Origin: an uncultured Alphaproteobacteria bacterium
GTDB lineage: Bacteria > Pseudomonadota > Alphaproteobacteria > Methylaequorales > Methylaequoraceae
Direction: 5' to 3'
NCBI GenBank assembly: GCA_902536485.1
Contig: CACAXP010000001.1
Coordinates: forward strand, 5,448-69,447
DNA: 64,000 nucleotides
Below the pieces are notes generated by a model that was not told where the DNA came from, made no database searches, and saw only the letters and a list, made by a program, of their open reading frames with translations. The position numbers and the translations under genes were made by a program. Positions 17,024-27,136 of this stretch are shown piece after piece; the stretch's first letter is position 1, and every line of letters begins with the position of its first letter.

Positions 17024-19894
17024 AAAATTTTTAAAAAGATTAGGAACAAAAACAGATATTGGATTATAAGTCATATCAAATTCTCCATCCTTTTTTTCGA
17101 TCTTAAAGCTTGCGCCAAGTAAACCATCTTCAGGAGAACCAGCTGTTATAATATCCCCAACTATTGGAAAGTTTGTAATTAGTGTATTTAGAGTATACGC
17201 CGGAATTATAGTACCTGTAGTTAAAAAAAAATCGTTATCAAACCCCACTACTGTATCAAAACTTAAACCTAACTCACTTCCTTTTATAAGGCTATCAACT
17301 AATCTTAATTTATCGTTAGAATACTCATACCTACTCGTAAAATCCTCAAAAATAATTCCGCCATCCTTAAGTTTTTGAGCTAAACCTTTAAGAGAAAATA
17401 ATGTTATAAAATCAACAAAAAAGGGTGTATCAAGAAACACAAAATCTTTTCCAGCAATATTACCTGAATAGTTTCCTGAATCAGATGACTTTTCACCTTC
17501 AATTTTTAGACTTCCTTTATTTAAATCTAAACTAATGTCAAATATGTTCAATAACCCAGGAGCATAATTAGATTCTAAAAAAAATTTCTTTTTTTGATCT
17601 TCATTTAGAATTTGAATTTTGTGATAATCGTTTTCACCATTTAACTCAATATTAAGATCTGAAAACTCATAATTTTCTTTTTTAAAACTTATTAGAGGTT
17701 TTAAAAATTTATTTTTACCCAGTATTATTTTTTCAACATCAACATTAAAGTCTAAATTTTTTAGATCAGAAAAAAAAGACTCCTCTTTAAAATCAACTTT
17801 TTTGATAGAAATTTTATTTCCTGATAATTTTCCGATGAAATTTACTAGGTCTAAATCCATTTTAAAATCTTGAATAGGTGTTAAAAACTTATTTATTTTT
17901 AAAGAAAAAAGTTTTGAATTTGAAAAAACTGTATTAATTTCAACATCAACATTGCTAGATTTTAAATCAAAGAAACCGGAATAATTTTTGTTATAGGGGG
18001 TTACTAAAAGTCTCATTTTACCATCACTGAAAGTGGAATTTTCACCCAAAAATTTTGAAATGATTCTTAAATTCTCTGTATTACCAATTGCTTCAATTTT
18101 ATAATCATCACCAAAACTATTAACAATAAAATCTAAATCTAAGACTCCAGAAATTTTTTCAAAACTTCCAGGTAATAATTCAAGAAGATTCTCTCCATTG
18201 TATAACAGGTTACCTGTTATCTCATCTAAGAATTGCTCTTTAACTTTTTTTTGTTCTCCGCTGAATTTTAAAGGAGAATTTTTGATTTCACCACTACCAG
18301 AATAATTTACAAAATCTCGGTTTACTTCAATCTCTAAATCTAAATTTTCAATTGAATAATCTTCATACAGATTCTCTAAGTAACCATTTAAAAGATTTGC
18401 ATTTGATGAATAATTAATCTGCTCTACTTTTAGATCTACCAGTAAAGGAAATTGTAAGTTTAAGTTTAAATCTACCTCTCCAGAAATTTTCTCTAACTTA
18501 GAATAATTTTTTTTTTCTATAGTTGTTAAATTTAAATATTTAACAACGTCAGTATTTTTGGAGGTTATATCAAGTGATATATCAGCCTGCTCAGAATCAG
18601 TATTTAAATCATATAGACTTATTATACCAGATTTTAAATTAAGATTGTTGGATTGTCCTGATTTAACATCAAATACTACTTTATCTTTAAAAATCGTTGC
18701 TAATCCATTTATATTTTTTACTGAAGGCATTGATTCCATATATGTGATTTCTACATTTTTACATTCAAAATTTCCTGTTAAATTTTTTACTTTAAACTTT
18801 CCTTTTTTAAAATCAGTTTTCATTTCAATATTAACATTTTCTATTTCACCCATAGAATTTTTCACCATCCAATCATATGTTGATTTACCGATATTTTTTG
18901 GCCAAATTTTCAATAGATTAGAAACAGGAATTTGATCAATCCCTAGATAAAAAAAGGGGAACTCATCAGGTTTTTTTTTAAATCCAAATTTTACTAAGGA
19001 TTGGTTTACAAGAAAATTTGATGAAATATCAATGTTATTATTATCAAATGAACCAGTTAATATATCCTCACTAAATTCTATTTTCTTTGAACCATTATAT
19101 GTTAAATATTCAATATTTCCGTCTAGGTTTAAATCAAAATCTAAATTATCGATCTTTTTAAAATTTTCACCATTAATTTCAGCCTTTCCAGAAATTTTTA
19201 AATCGTCAAGAGAAACATAATTTTCAGCAAAAAAAGACTCTATAAATTTAACATCAAAGTTATTAGCTTCTATAGACGAAGAGAAATAATTATTATTAAA
19301 AATAATAAAACTTAAGTTTTGTTGTGGATTTTCATATTGACTTAGTAAACCTTTTAAATTTTTATTACTATATGTTAAATCAATTACATACTCGAATTTA
19401 AGATTGTTTTTATCAAAAATAATCAATCTGTTGTTTATTACCTCTATCTCTGAAAAAAAGGTTACAAGATCCATATTTTCAAAATTATTTATATTTTCAA
19501 ATGTTTTAGAGGAATCTGTATTTAAACCTGATTTTTTTATTTCTCTAAAAGAAAGTTCTCCATCAAATAGTTTTAATGATGTATTAAAAAAATCCTTTGA
19601 TAAACTTAAATCCAAACTTACCATCACCGTAGGGAAAAAAAAATTACTGATTAAAATATCTTCTATTAGAAATTCAAACTTTTTAGATATTTTATTAAAA
19701 CTTAAATAAATATCGCCTATTTCTCGTACATTTTTTTTTTTTAAAATCTGACTTTCTCTATCAAATAAATTTAGAATATTTATTTTCATTGGTTTTTCTG
19801 AAAGAATTAAAGTAAATGAAAATAAAAAAGTAAAAACTAAAAGCAAAAGTGTTGAAAAAAAAAAGGAAAAATTCTTTAAAAACTTTAAATTCAT
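17012..19894 (-). CDS. Large AsmA/YhdP-like envelope protein (960 aa), Asn/Lys-rich
   Basis: N-terminal membrane anchor, very long low-complexity beta-rich body, and C-terminal region resembling the AsmA C-terminal domain. The family assignment is tentative. Confidence 0.45.
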   Translation of the reverse strand: MNLKFLKNFSFFFSTLLLLVFTFLFSFTLILSEKPMKINILNLFDRESQILKKKNVREIGDIYLSFNKISKKFEFLIEDILISNFFFPTVMVSLDLSLSKDFFNTSLKLFDGELSFREIKKSGLNTDSSKTFENINNFENMDLVTFFSEIEVINNRLIIFDKNNLKFEYVIDLTYSNKNLKGLLSQYENPQQNLSFIIFNNNYFSSSIEANNFDVKFIESFFAENYVSLDDLKISGKAEINGENFKKIDNLDFDLNLDGNIEYLTYNGSKKIEFSEDILTGSFDNNNIDISSNFLVNQSLVKFGFKKKPDEFPFFYLGIDQIPVSNLLKIWPKNIGKSTYDWMVKNSMGEIENVNIEMKTDFKKGKFKVKNLTGNFECKNVEITYMESMPSVKNINGLATIFKDKVVFDVKSGQSNNLNLKSGIISLYDLNTDSEQADISLDITSKNTDVVKYLNLTTIEKKNYSKLEKISGEVDLNLNLQFPLLVDLKVEQINYSSNANLLNGYLENLYEDYSIENLDLEIEVNRDFVNYSGSGEIKNSPLKFSGEQKKVKEQFLDEITGNLLYNGENLLELLPGSFEKISGVLDLDFIVNSFGDDYKIEAIGNTENLRIISKFLGENSTFSDGKMRLLVTPYNKNYSGFFDLKSSNVDVEINTVFSNSKLFSLKINKFLTPIQDFKMDLDLVNFIGKLSGNKISIKKVDFKEESFFSDLKNLDFNVDVEKIILGKNKFLKPLISFKKENYEFSDLNIELNGENDYHKIQILNEDQKKKFFLESNYAPGLLNIFDISLDLNKGSLKIEGEKSSDSGNYSGNIAGKDFVFLDTPFFVDFITLFSLKGLAQKLKDGGIIFEDFTSRYEYSNDKLRLVDSLIKGSELGLSFDTVVGFDNDFFLTTGTIIPAYTLNTLITNFPIVGDIITAGSPEDGLLGASFKIEKKDGEFDMTYNPISVFVPNLFKNFLAN

Positions 19895-19948
19895 AATATA
19901 TTACAATAATACATTAATTATCTATTATAAATTAATAAATAAATTCTC

Positions 19949-20407
19949 ATGAATATAAACGATAAACTAAATGATTTTAAATTTAAAATCGATGACGAAA
20001 AGTTCATTAATTCTAACGAACTAAAAGGTCAAAACCTTATTATATATTTTTATCCTAAAGATGATACCCCTGGCTGTACAGTTGAAGCAATAGATTTTTC
20101 TGAGCTGAAAAATAAATTCTCTAAGCTTAATACAAAAATTTTTGGCGTTTCAAAGGATACCATAGAAAAACATAAGAAATTTATCAATAAGCATAATTTA
20201 ACAATAGATCTAATTTCAGACGATGGATCCATTTGTGAAAAATTTGGTGTATGGATAGAAAAATCCATGTATGGAAAAAAATATATGGGTATTGAACGTG
20301 CAACTTTTTTATTTGACGACAACTTAAAGCTTATTAAAATGTGGAGAAATGTTAAAGTAAAAGGACATGTTGAAGAAGTTTTGAGTTTTATTAAAAATTT
20401 AGACTAA
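19949..20407 (+). CDS. bcp: Peroxiredoxin Bcp / PrxQ
   Basis: YFYPKDDTPGCTVEA peroxidatic cysteine motif. 152 aa. Confidence 0.85.
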   Translation: MNINDKLNDFKFKIDDEKFINSNELKGQNLIIYFYPKDDTPGCTVEAIDFSELKNKFSKLNTKIFGVSKDTIEKHKKFINKHNLTIDLISDDGSICEKFGVWIEKSMYGKKYMGIERATFLFDDNLKLIKMWRNVKVKGHVEEVLSFIKNLD

Positions 20408-21499
20408 CCCAATGCTATCAATTGACTTTCTAAAAGTTTGTCTAAATTACCGTTCAAAACAGCACTTACATCCGATACTTCTGTCTTTGTTCTGTGGTCC
20501 TTAACCATGGTGTAAGGTTGCATAACGTAAGACCTGATTTGATTGCCCCAACTAATTTCGTTTTTTTGTGATCTTGCTTTTTTATTTTCTTCCTCCTCCT
20601 TAGCTAATTCTAATTCATATAATTTTGACTTAAGCATTTCCATGGCTGTAGATTTATTTCTATGTTGAGATCTGTCATTTTGACATTGAACTACAATTTT
20701 AGTTGGAATATGTGTAATTCTTATTGCGCTGTCAGTTGTATTAACGTGTTGTCCTCCTGCCCCTGAAGCTCTGAAAGTATCGATTTTAAGATCTTTGTCT
20801 TCAATTTTAATATTTACACTATTATCAACTTCAGGATAACAAAAAACTGAAGCGAAACTTGTGTGTCTTCTAGATTGAGAATCAAAAGGAGAGATTCTCA
20901 CCAACCTATGAATTCCATTTTCAAGCTTTAGCCACCCATATGCTTTTTCACCATCGATTTTTAATGTTACAGATTTAAGACCTGCCTCATCACCAACATT
21001 TTGATCTATAATTTGTAATTTAAAGCTTTTTGACTCAGCCCACCTAGAATACATCCTCAATAACATCTCTACCCAGTCTTGAGCTTCAACACCTCCTGCT
21101 CCTGAATGAATCTCTAGTAATACATTTTTAGAATCAGCTTTACCAGACATTAGAGTTTCAATATGAAGAGTATTTGCATTTCTCTCGATTACTTTTAGTT
21201 CAGTTTCTAACTCTAAATACATATCAGCATTAGTATTTTCATCTGTAATTTTTAAAAGTTCAATTGTATCCACATAAGAACTTTCAATCTCGTCAATGGA
21301 TTTTAAAAAGTTGGATAGGTAATTAAGATTCTTTAGATCTTTATTTGTTTGTTCGAAATCATCCCAGTTATTTTGGTTTTCAAGGTTTTTCTTTAAAATA
21401 AGAATGTTTTCACTAATTCTCTTTTTTTCAAACAAACCCCCTTAGGTTTTTTAGTAAAACCTTGATATTATTCGATAACTCCAACACCTCATATTTCAT
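20404..21499 (-). CDS. prfB: Peptide chain release factor 2 with programmed +1 frameshift. ORF0 is 21499..21428; the shift is at 21431..21433; the main frame continues to 20404.
   Basis: SPF and GGQ motifs mark RF2. The upstream 23-codon ORF MKYEVLELSNNIKVLLKNLRGFV ends at an in-frame TGA. Its sequence context is CTA AGG GGG TTT GTT TGA A. This parallels the E. coli context AGG GGG UAU CUU UGA C. The downstream frame is +1. Confidence 0.85.
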
Positions 21500-23865
21500 T
21501 AATAAAATCCCTTAAATTGAAAATCATCACTAGAGTCTTTTTTGATATCGTATTTGTTCTCAAAATTAAAGTTATTTTTAAAAGATTCAGTTATAAAATT
21601 CTGATTACTTGGTTTTCCAGTAGCTATATCAATATTGATAAATTTAATTGATTTTGGAATATTAAATGGTTTGGGTGAATAACTCTTGTAAACATTTTTA
21701 AAAAAATCATGAAATATAGGTGCTGCTACTTTTGAACCAGTTTCAAATTTTCCTAGAGATTTTGGGACATCGTGTCCAACAAAAACTCCAACGGTAAGTT
21801 CAGATGAAAATCCTATAAACCATGCATCCTGATTTTCATTAGTTGTTCCGGTTTTCCCAGCAATTTGATAATCAAAACTATTGATATTTTTTGCAGTTCC
21901 TCTTTGAATAACTCCCATTAAAAAAGAAATCATTTGGTAAGCAGATTCTTCAGAAAATACTCTACTAGTTCCAGGTTTAATTTCTGGTTTTGGTAACTTA
22001 AAGATAGATGAGCTAGTCAGGTTACCATCATTTTCGAAAGAACAATTTAAACATTTTCTTTTGTCACCTTTGAAAATAATCTTTCCATAATTATCATATA
22101 TTACATCAATTAATCTTGGAGAAATTAAAAATCCGCCATTAGCAATAGATGAATATGCAGAAGTAATTTTCAACAATGAGCTTTCAAGTGAACCCAAAGA
22201 GCTTGAAATTAAAAATGGAAAATCATCATAAATATCAAGTTTTTTTGACAATTCTGCTATTTTTTCTAAGCCTACTTGGTCGGAAAGTCTTATCGTCATA
22301 AGGTTTCTTGATTTTTCTATACCAAGTCTTAGTGTACTGAGACCATAAAACTTTTCTCCATAGTTAGTTGGCCTCCAAACTCCATCCTTAGAATGATCAT
22401 CAATTACAAAAGGTGCGTCAAGAACCCTACTAACTGGAGTGTATCCATTTTCTAGTGCAGTTATATAAACAAACGGTTTGAATGATGAACCAAGTTGCCT
22501 GTTAGCTTGAGTAACTCTATTAAATGAAGAACTGGAATCATATCCTCCGACCATAGCAAGAACTCTTCCAGTTTTGTTTTCGATTACAACCATACCTCCG
22601 TTTACTTTTGGAATTTGGCTTAGCTCATACTTTCCAGATTTTTGATTAAAATAGATTACTATAATATCTCCTTTTTTAAAAAACTTCTCACAATTAATCT
22701 TTTCAGATTTAATTATAGTCATTTCATCTCGACTGATAGTTAAAGTTTTTTCATTTTTAGTAATAACTTCAATAAATTTTGGTTTTATTTTTTTTACAAT
22801 TGCTATTTGATCCTTATAAAGTCCGGCTGGCTTCTTATAATTCGAAATGGTTTTAACCCACTCAAAATTCTGGTCTATCTTTAATCTTTCAATTGGTCCA
22901 TTCCAACCCGACCTTTTTGAATAGTCTCTCAAGCCTTTCCTAAAAGAATCTTCAGCTGCAACTTGCAACTTTTCATTAATTGTTGTCATTATTGTAAGTC
23001 CACTATCATATAACTTTTGTTCATTAAATCTTGAAATTATCTCCCTTCGGACTTCTTCTTTAAAAAAAGAAGCTTTATTATTTAAGATTTTTTTACTTTT
23101 TGAAAGCTTAAGTTCTTCACTCATTAACACTGAATATTCTTCAAGTTTAATAAACCTTTCATCTAACAGTCTTTTTAAAACCCAGTTTCTTCTTTTAAGT
23201 GCTCTTATTGAGTTTCTGTAAGGATTATAAGTTGAAGGAGCTTTAGGTAATGCAGCCAGCATTGCCATTTCATGAACTTTTAGATCAGTTACGGACTTGT
23301 TAAAATAGTTCAAAGATGCAGAAGCAATTCCGTAAGAACCATTACCTAAATATATTTCGTTTAGATATAGCTCCATAATTTGTTCTTTACTTAAAACTCT
23401 CTCCATTCTAAGCGCTATTATTATTTCTTTTATTTTTCTGGTATAGGATATTTCATTAGTTAATAAAAAATTTTTAGCAACTTGCTGCGTAATTGTAGAA
23501 GCACCTTGTAGTCTCTTATTAGTGAAGGTATTTGATAGATTTTTTAAAAAAGCTCTTAAAATTCCTCTATAATCAATACCTTCATGCTTATAAAAATTTA
23601 TATCTTCTGATACCAAGAAACAATTAATCAATTCAGCAGGAATATCTTCATATTTTATAAAGACTCTATTTTCATTTGAATAATCCTCCAAAAAGTTTCC
23701 ATTAGCAGTGTAAATTTTTGAAACTAATCTGGGGTTATAAGATGAAAGTTTATCAAGACTTGGAAGATCTTTACCAAAAAAAAACAATATAAAAACTGTA
23801 AAGAAAAATAAAGAGAATAAAAGTATCAAAATTGAGTAAAAAACATTTATTAATTTCTTTTTCAT
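21499..23865 (-). CDS. mrcA: Penicillin-binding protein 1A (bifunctional transglycosylase/transpeptidase)
   Basis: GT51 motifs (EDINFYKHEGID, RKIKE) and transpeptidase motifs SSFKP, SRN and KTGTT are present. It is TAATG-coupled to prfB. Confidence 0.9.
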   Translation of the reverse strand: MKKKLINVFYSILILLFSLFFFTVFILFFFGKDLPSLDKLSSYNPRLVSKIYTANGNFLEDYSNENRVFIKYEDIPAELINCFLVSEDINFYKHEGIDYRGILRAFLKNLSNTFTNKRLQGASTITQQVAKNFLLTNEISYTRKIKEIIIALRMERVLSKEQIMELYLNEIYLGNGSYGIASASLNYFNKSVTDLKVHEMAMLAALPKAPSTYNPYRNSIRALKRRNWVLKRLLDERFIKLEEYSVLMSEELKLSKSKKILNNKASFFKEEVRREIISRFNEQKLYDSGLTIMTTINEKLQVAAEDSFRKGLRDYSKRSGWNGPIERLKIDQNFEWVKTISNYKKPAGLYKDQIAIVKKIKPKFIEVITKNEKTLTISRDEMTIIKSEKINCEKFFKKGDIIVIYFNQKSGKYELSQIPKVNGGMVVIENKTGRVLAMVGGYDSSSSFNRVTQANRQLGSSFKPFVYITALENGYTPVSRVLDAPFVIDDHSKDGVWRPTNYGEKFYGLSTLRLGIEKSRNLMTIRLSDQVGLEKIAELSKKLDIYDDFPFLISSSLGSLESSLLKITSAYSSIANGGFLISPRLIDVIYDNYGKIIFKGDKRKCLNCSFENDGNLTSSSIFKLPKPEIKPGTSRVFSEESAYQMISFLMGVIQRGTAKNINSFDYQIAGKTGTTNENQDAWFIGFSSELTVGVFVGHDVPKSLGKFETGSKVAAPIFHDFFKNVYKSYSPKPFNIPKSIKFINIDIATGKPSNQNFITESFKNNFNFENKYDIKKDSSDDFQFKGFY

Positions 23866-23879
23866 ATTATTAAAAATAG

Positions 23880-24944
23880 TTAGTTATTATTTTCTATCCA
23901 ATCAAAATAATTTTTAACAGCCTTTACTATATTTGAGGTAATCTTTTTTTGATAACTATTGCTTACTAAAAGTTTAGAGTCTTCTTTGTTTGACAAATAT
24001 CCCATTTCAATTAAAACTGAAGGAATATCAAGAGATTTCAGAACAGTAAAGCCTGCAAATCTATGTGCTCTTTTTAATAAATTCATTTCACTTTTTATAT
24101 CTTTAATCAAAAAATTGACCAAATGACTAGACTGATTTAAGGTTTCTCTTTTTGTTAGGTCAATCAAAATATTTGTTACCTCCGAACTTTCTGAAGTTAG
24201 ATCAACATTTCCTAAAAAATCTGATCTGTTTTCTCTTCTTGCTAAGTCCTCTGCTTCCCTATCAGAAGCTTTTTCTGATAAGGTATAAAGCGAAATACCC
24301 CTCGTTCTTCTATTTTTATTAAAATCAGCATGTAACGAGATAAATATATCAGCATTACTATTTTTAGCAATTTTTGTTCTTTCTCGTAATTTTAAATATA
24401 CATCTTTTTCCCTAGTTAATATTACATGAAATTCGTCATATTTTCTAAATTCTTTTTTTAATAACAAAGCAACTTTAAGTGTTATATTTTTTTCAAGTTG
24501 TTTAGTAATACCAACAGCTCCAGAATCCCTGCCCCCATGACCAGGGTCAACCACAACTATTTTTCTTTTTTTTTGTTTATTTTTATAATCAATTACAACC
24601 CTAGCATACTTATTATTTTTTTTTTTTAGAAAATATATATTTGGAGAATGAATATTTCTTTTAAAAGTCAAAATTATTAAGTTATTTGTTTTATCAAAAT
24701 TTATTTCTTTTAAATCTTCATTTGTTTTAAATGGTTTTTCTAAAATTAATTTTTTATCAAACTTAATTTCAATTTTTTTTTCTAAAACCTTATATTTAAA
24801 AGTAACGTCATTTGAAATATCAAAGACAATCCTTTTTGCATCAGCATTTGAACCGAATCTTACGTTTTTAATTTCTAATGAAAATAATTCGCTGCTGTAA
24901 AAAAAAAATAAAAAATATATTATAGTTTTTATGATTAATTTCAA
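23880..24944 (-). CDS. amiC: N-acetylmuramoyl-L-alanine amidase (AmiC type, with N-terminal AMIN domain)
   Basis: Amidase_3 motif VVDPGHGGRDSGA and signal peptide. The coding strand carries an A12 tract (plus T12 at 24616..24627). Confidence 0.8.
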   Translation of the reverse strand: MKLIIKTIIYFLFFFYSSELFSLEIKNVRFGSNADAKRIVFDISNDVTFKYKVLEKKIEIKFDKKLILEKPFKTNEDLKEINFDKTNNLIILTFKRNIHSPNIYFLKKKNNKYARVVIDYKNKQKKRKIVVVDPGHGGRDSGAVGITKQLEKNITLKVALLLKKEFRKYDEFHVILTREKDVYLKLRERTKIAKNSNADIFISLHADFNKNRRTRGISLYTLSEKASDREAEDLARRENRSDFLGNVDLTSESSEVTNILIDLTKRETLNQSSHLVNFLIKDIKSEMNLLKRAHRFAGFTVLKSLDIPSVLIEMGYLSNKEDSKLLVSNSYQKKITSNIVKAVKNYFDWIENNN

Positions 24945-25072
24945 TTTTAGTTTTATAGTTAAATTATACTAAATATAGTGGTTTTTTTACAAAAAAAAAC
25001 AATATGTTCTTTTTTTTTTGTAATTTGTTGATTTTTTAATAATAATAAAAAATAAAGTTTAAAGGAATTATA

Positions 25073-27136
25073 ATGAAACAGATGCTTATTGATGCTAACC
25101 AAAATGATGAGGTTAGGGTTGCTATTGTTGACCAGAATGATTTGGTTGACTATGAATCAGAAAATTTTAAGAATGACAGAGTTAAAGGTAATATTTATTT
25201 AGCAAAAATTATTAGAGTTGAACCTTCGCTTCAGGCTGCTTTCGTAGACTATGGAGCCAAGAAGCACGGATTTTTAGCTTATAATGAAATACATCCAGAT
25301 TACTTTAAAATACCAACTGCTGATAAGAAAAAATTATTAGAGCAGGAATTCAACGAATCACAAAATTTGAGGATTAGCGAGGATGAAGAGAATTTCATTA
25401 GTGAAAGTTTTACTGAAGATCAAGTAAATAGCGAACAACCTGAAAATAAAAATGATAAAAATGATGGATTTCTCTCCAAAGTTTTTGATTTCTTCAATTA
25501 TAAACCAATTGATGACTATCCTCAAACAAGGTTAAAGAAAAAAAGATTTGTAAGAAACCCAAAGAGATCTAAAAGTGTTATTTTTCACAAAAAATATAGC
25601 ATTCAAGAAGTTATAAAAAGTAATCAGGTAATCTTAATTCAAGTTGTTAAAGAAGAGAGAGGAAATAAAGGAGCAGCTGTAACAACAAGACTTTCTTTAG
25701 CTGGTAAATATTGTGTTTTAATGCCCAATACTAACAAAGGTGGGGGAATTTCAAGAAAAATAAGTGATTTAAAACTTAGAAAAAAATTAAAGGATGTCCT
25801 GAACAAGCTAAAAATTGAAGCTGGCATGGGTGCTATAATTCGAACAGCTGGCGAATCAATGAGCTTAAAAGAAATTAAAAGAGACTATAATTCACTCATA
25901 AAGTTGTGGAAAGAAATTACATCAAAAACAATAAAATCTAACGCTCCATGTTTAATTCACGAGGAGGATAATTTAATAAAAAGATGTCTTAGGGATTACT
26001 TTGATGCTTCATATGAATCTGTTTTGATAAACAACAAGTTAATTCTTTCTAAATGCAAGGAGATTGTTAAACAATTTATGCCTAGTTCTGTGAAAAAATT
26101 AAAATTATATAAAGACAAAAAACCAATTTTTTTTAATCATGGGATTGAAAAAAAAATAGTAGATATAAATAACCCTAATGTAACGTTAAAATCAGGTGGA
26201 TACCTGGTTATAAACCAAACGGAAGCACTTGTAGCAATTGATATAAATTCCGGTAAATTTACTAAAAATCGAAATATTGAAGATACGGCATTCCAAACTA
26301 ACCTTGAAGCAGCAGAAGAAATTAGCAAGCAAATTAGGATAAGAGACTTAGCAGGATTAATCGTAATTGACTTTATCGATATGCTAGACAGAAACCATAA
26401 CTATAAAGTTGAAAAAAGACTTAAAGATTTTTTAAAGAGTGACAGAGCAAGAATTCAGGTTGGAAGAATAAGTAATTTTGGTTTGCTTGAACTTTCAAGA
26501 CAAAGATTAAAAGTTAATGAAGACTCAAAAGTTTCGGTCAAATGTTCGCATTGTAATGGATATGGAAGTTTGCCTTCAACGCATTTTTTGACAAATCAAC
26601 TAATTAGGGTATTTGAGGAGCTTACTTATGATAAAAAAAAAGAAAACATTAATATTGTCTGTAGCAGTCATCTAGGATTACTACTTGAACAAAGCTCAAA
26701 CTCAAAAGTTTTTAAAAAAACAAAAGGTAGCATAATCATAGACCATGAATTAAAAGAATTAGATTTTATAATTTGCAAGCAAAGTGAAGTTATACTTACT
26801 AATTTAGGAGCAGAGATTGACCCAGATAAATTAATTAACCTCACAAAAATTAGCAAAAAGTTAAGTAACAATACTGATGTTCATAGAATTAAAAAAACAA
26901 AAAACAAACCAAAAGATGATCCTGCAACATTAGACTCTGAAGATATAATTGAAGGTTCGAGTAAGGAAAATGAAATTTCAATTAAAAGAAAAAGTTACAG
27001 ACAAAAGTTAAAAGATTTTAAGACAAATAAGTTTAAACCAGAGAGCTCAACTAAAATTCCAAAAAGTAATAAGAATTTAGAAATCATTAAAAAGCAAGAA
27101 AATCAGGAAAAAAAACAAGGGTGGTGGACTCAATAG
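25073..27136 (+). CDS. rne: Ribonuclease E (short form) with an insertion in the S1 domain
   Basis: S1 plus DNase-I-like catalytic core (AAFVDYG, GLIVIDFIDM, Zn-link CSHCNGYG). About 90 aa of acidic insertion after the S1 start. 687 aa with a basic C-terminal tail. Confidence 0.8.
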   Translation: MKQMLIDANQNDEVRVAIVDQNDLVDYESENFKNDRVKGNIYLAKIIRVEPSLQAAFVDYGAKKHGFLAYNEIHPDYFKIPTADKKKLLEQEFNESQNLRISEDEENFISESFTEDQVNSEQPENKNDKNDGFLSKVFDFFNYKPIDDYPQTRLKKKRFVRNPKRSKSVIFHKKYSIQEVIKSNQVILIQVVKEERGNKGAAVTTRLSLAGKYCVLMPNTNKGGGISRKISDLKLRKKLKDVLNKLKIEAGMGAIIRTAGESMSLKEIKRDYNSLIKLWKEITSKTIKSNAPCLIHEEDNLIKRCLRDYFDASYESVLINNKLILSKCKEIVKQFMPSSVKKLKLYKDKKPIFFNHGIEKKIVDINNPNVTLKSGGYLVINQTEALVAIDINSGKFTKNRNIEDTAFQTNLEAAEEISKQIRIRDLAGLIVIDFIDMLDRNHNYKVEKRLKDFLKSDRARIQVGRISNFGLLELSRQRLKVNEDSKVSVKCSHCNGYGSLPSTHFLTNQLIRVFEELTYDKKKENINIVCSSHLGLLLEQSSNSKVFKKTKGSIIIDHELKELDFIICKQSEVILTNLGAEIDPDKLINLTKISKKLSNNTDVHRIKKTKNKPKDDPATLDSEDIIEGSSKENEISIKRKSYRQKLKDFKTNKFKPESSTKIPKSNKNLEIIKKQENQEKKQGWWTQ

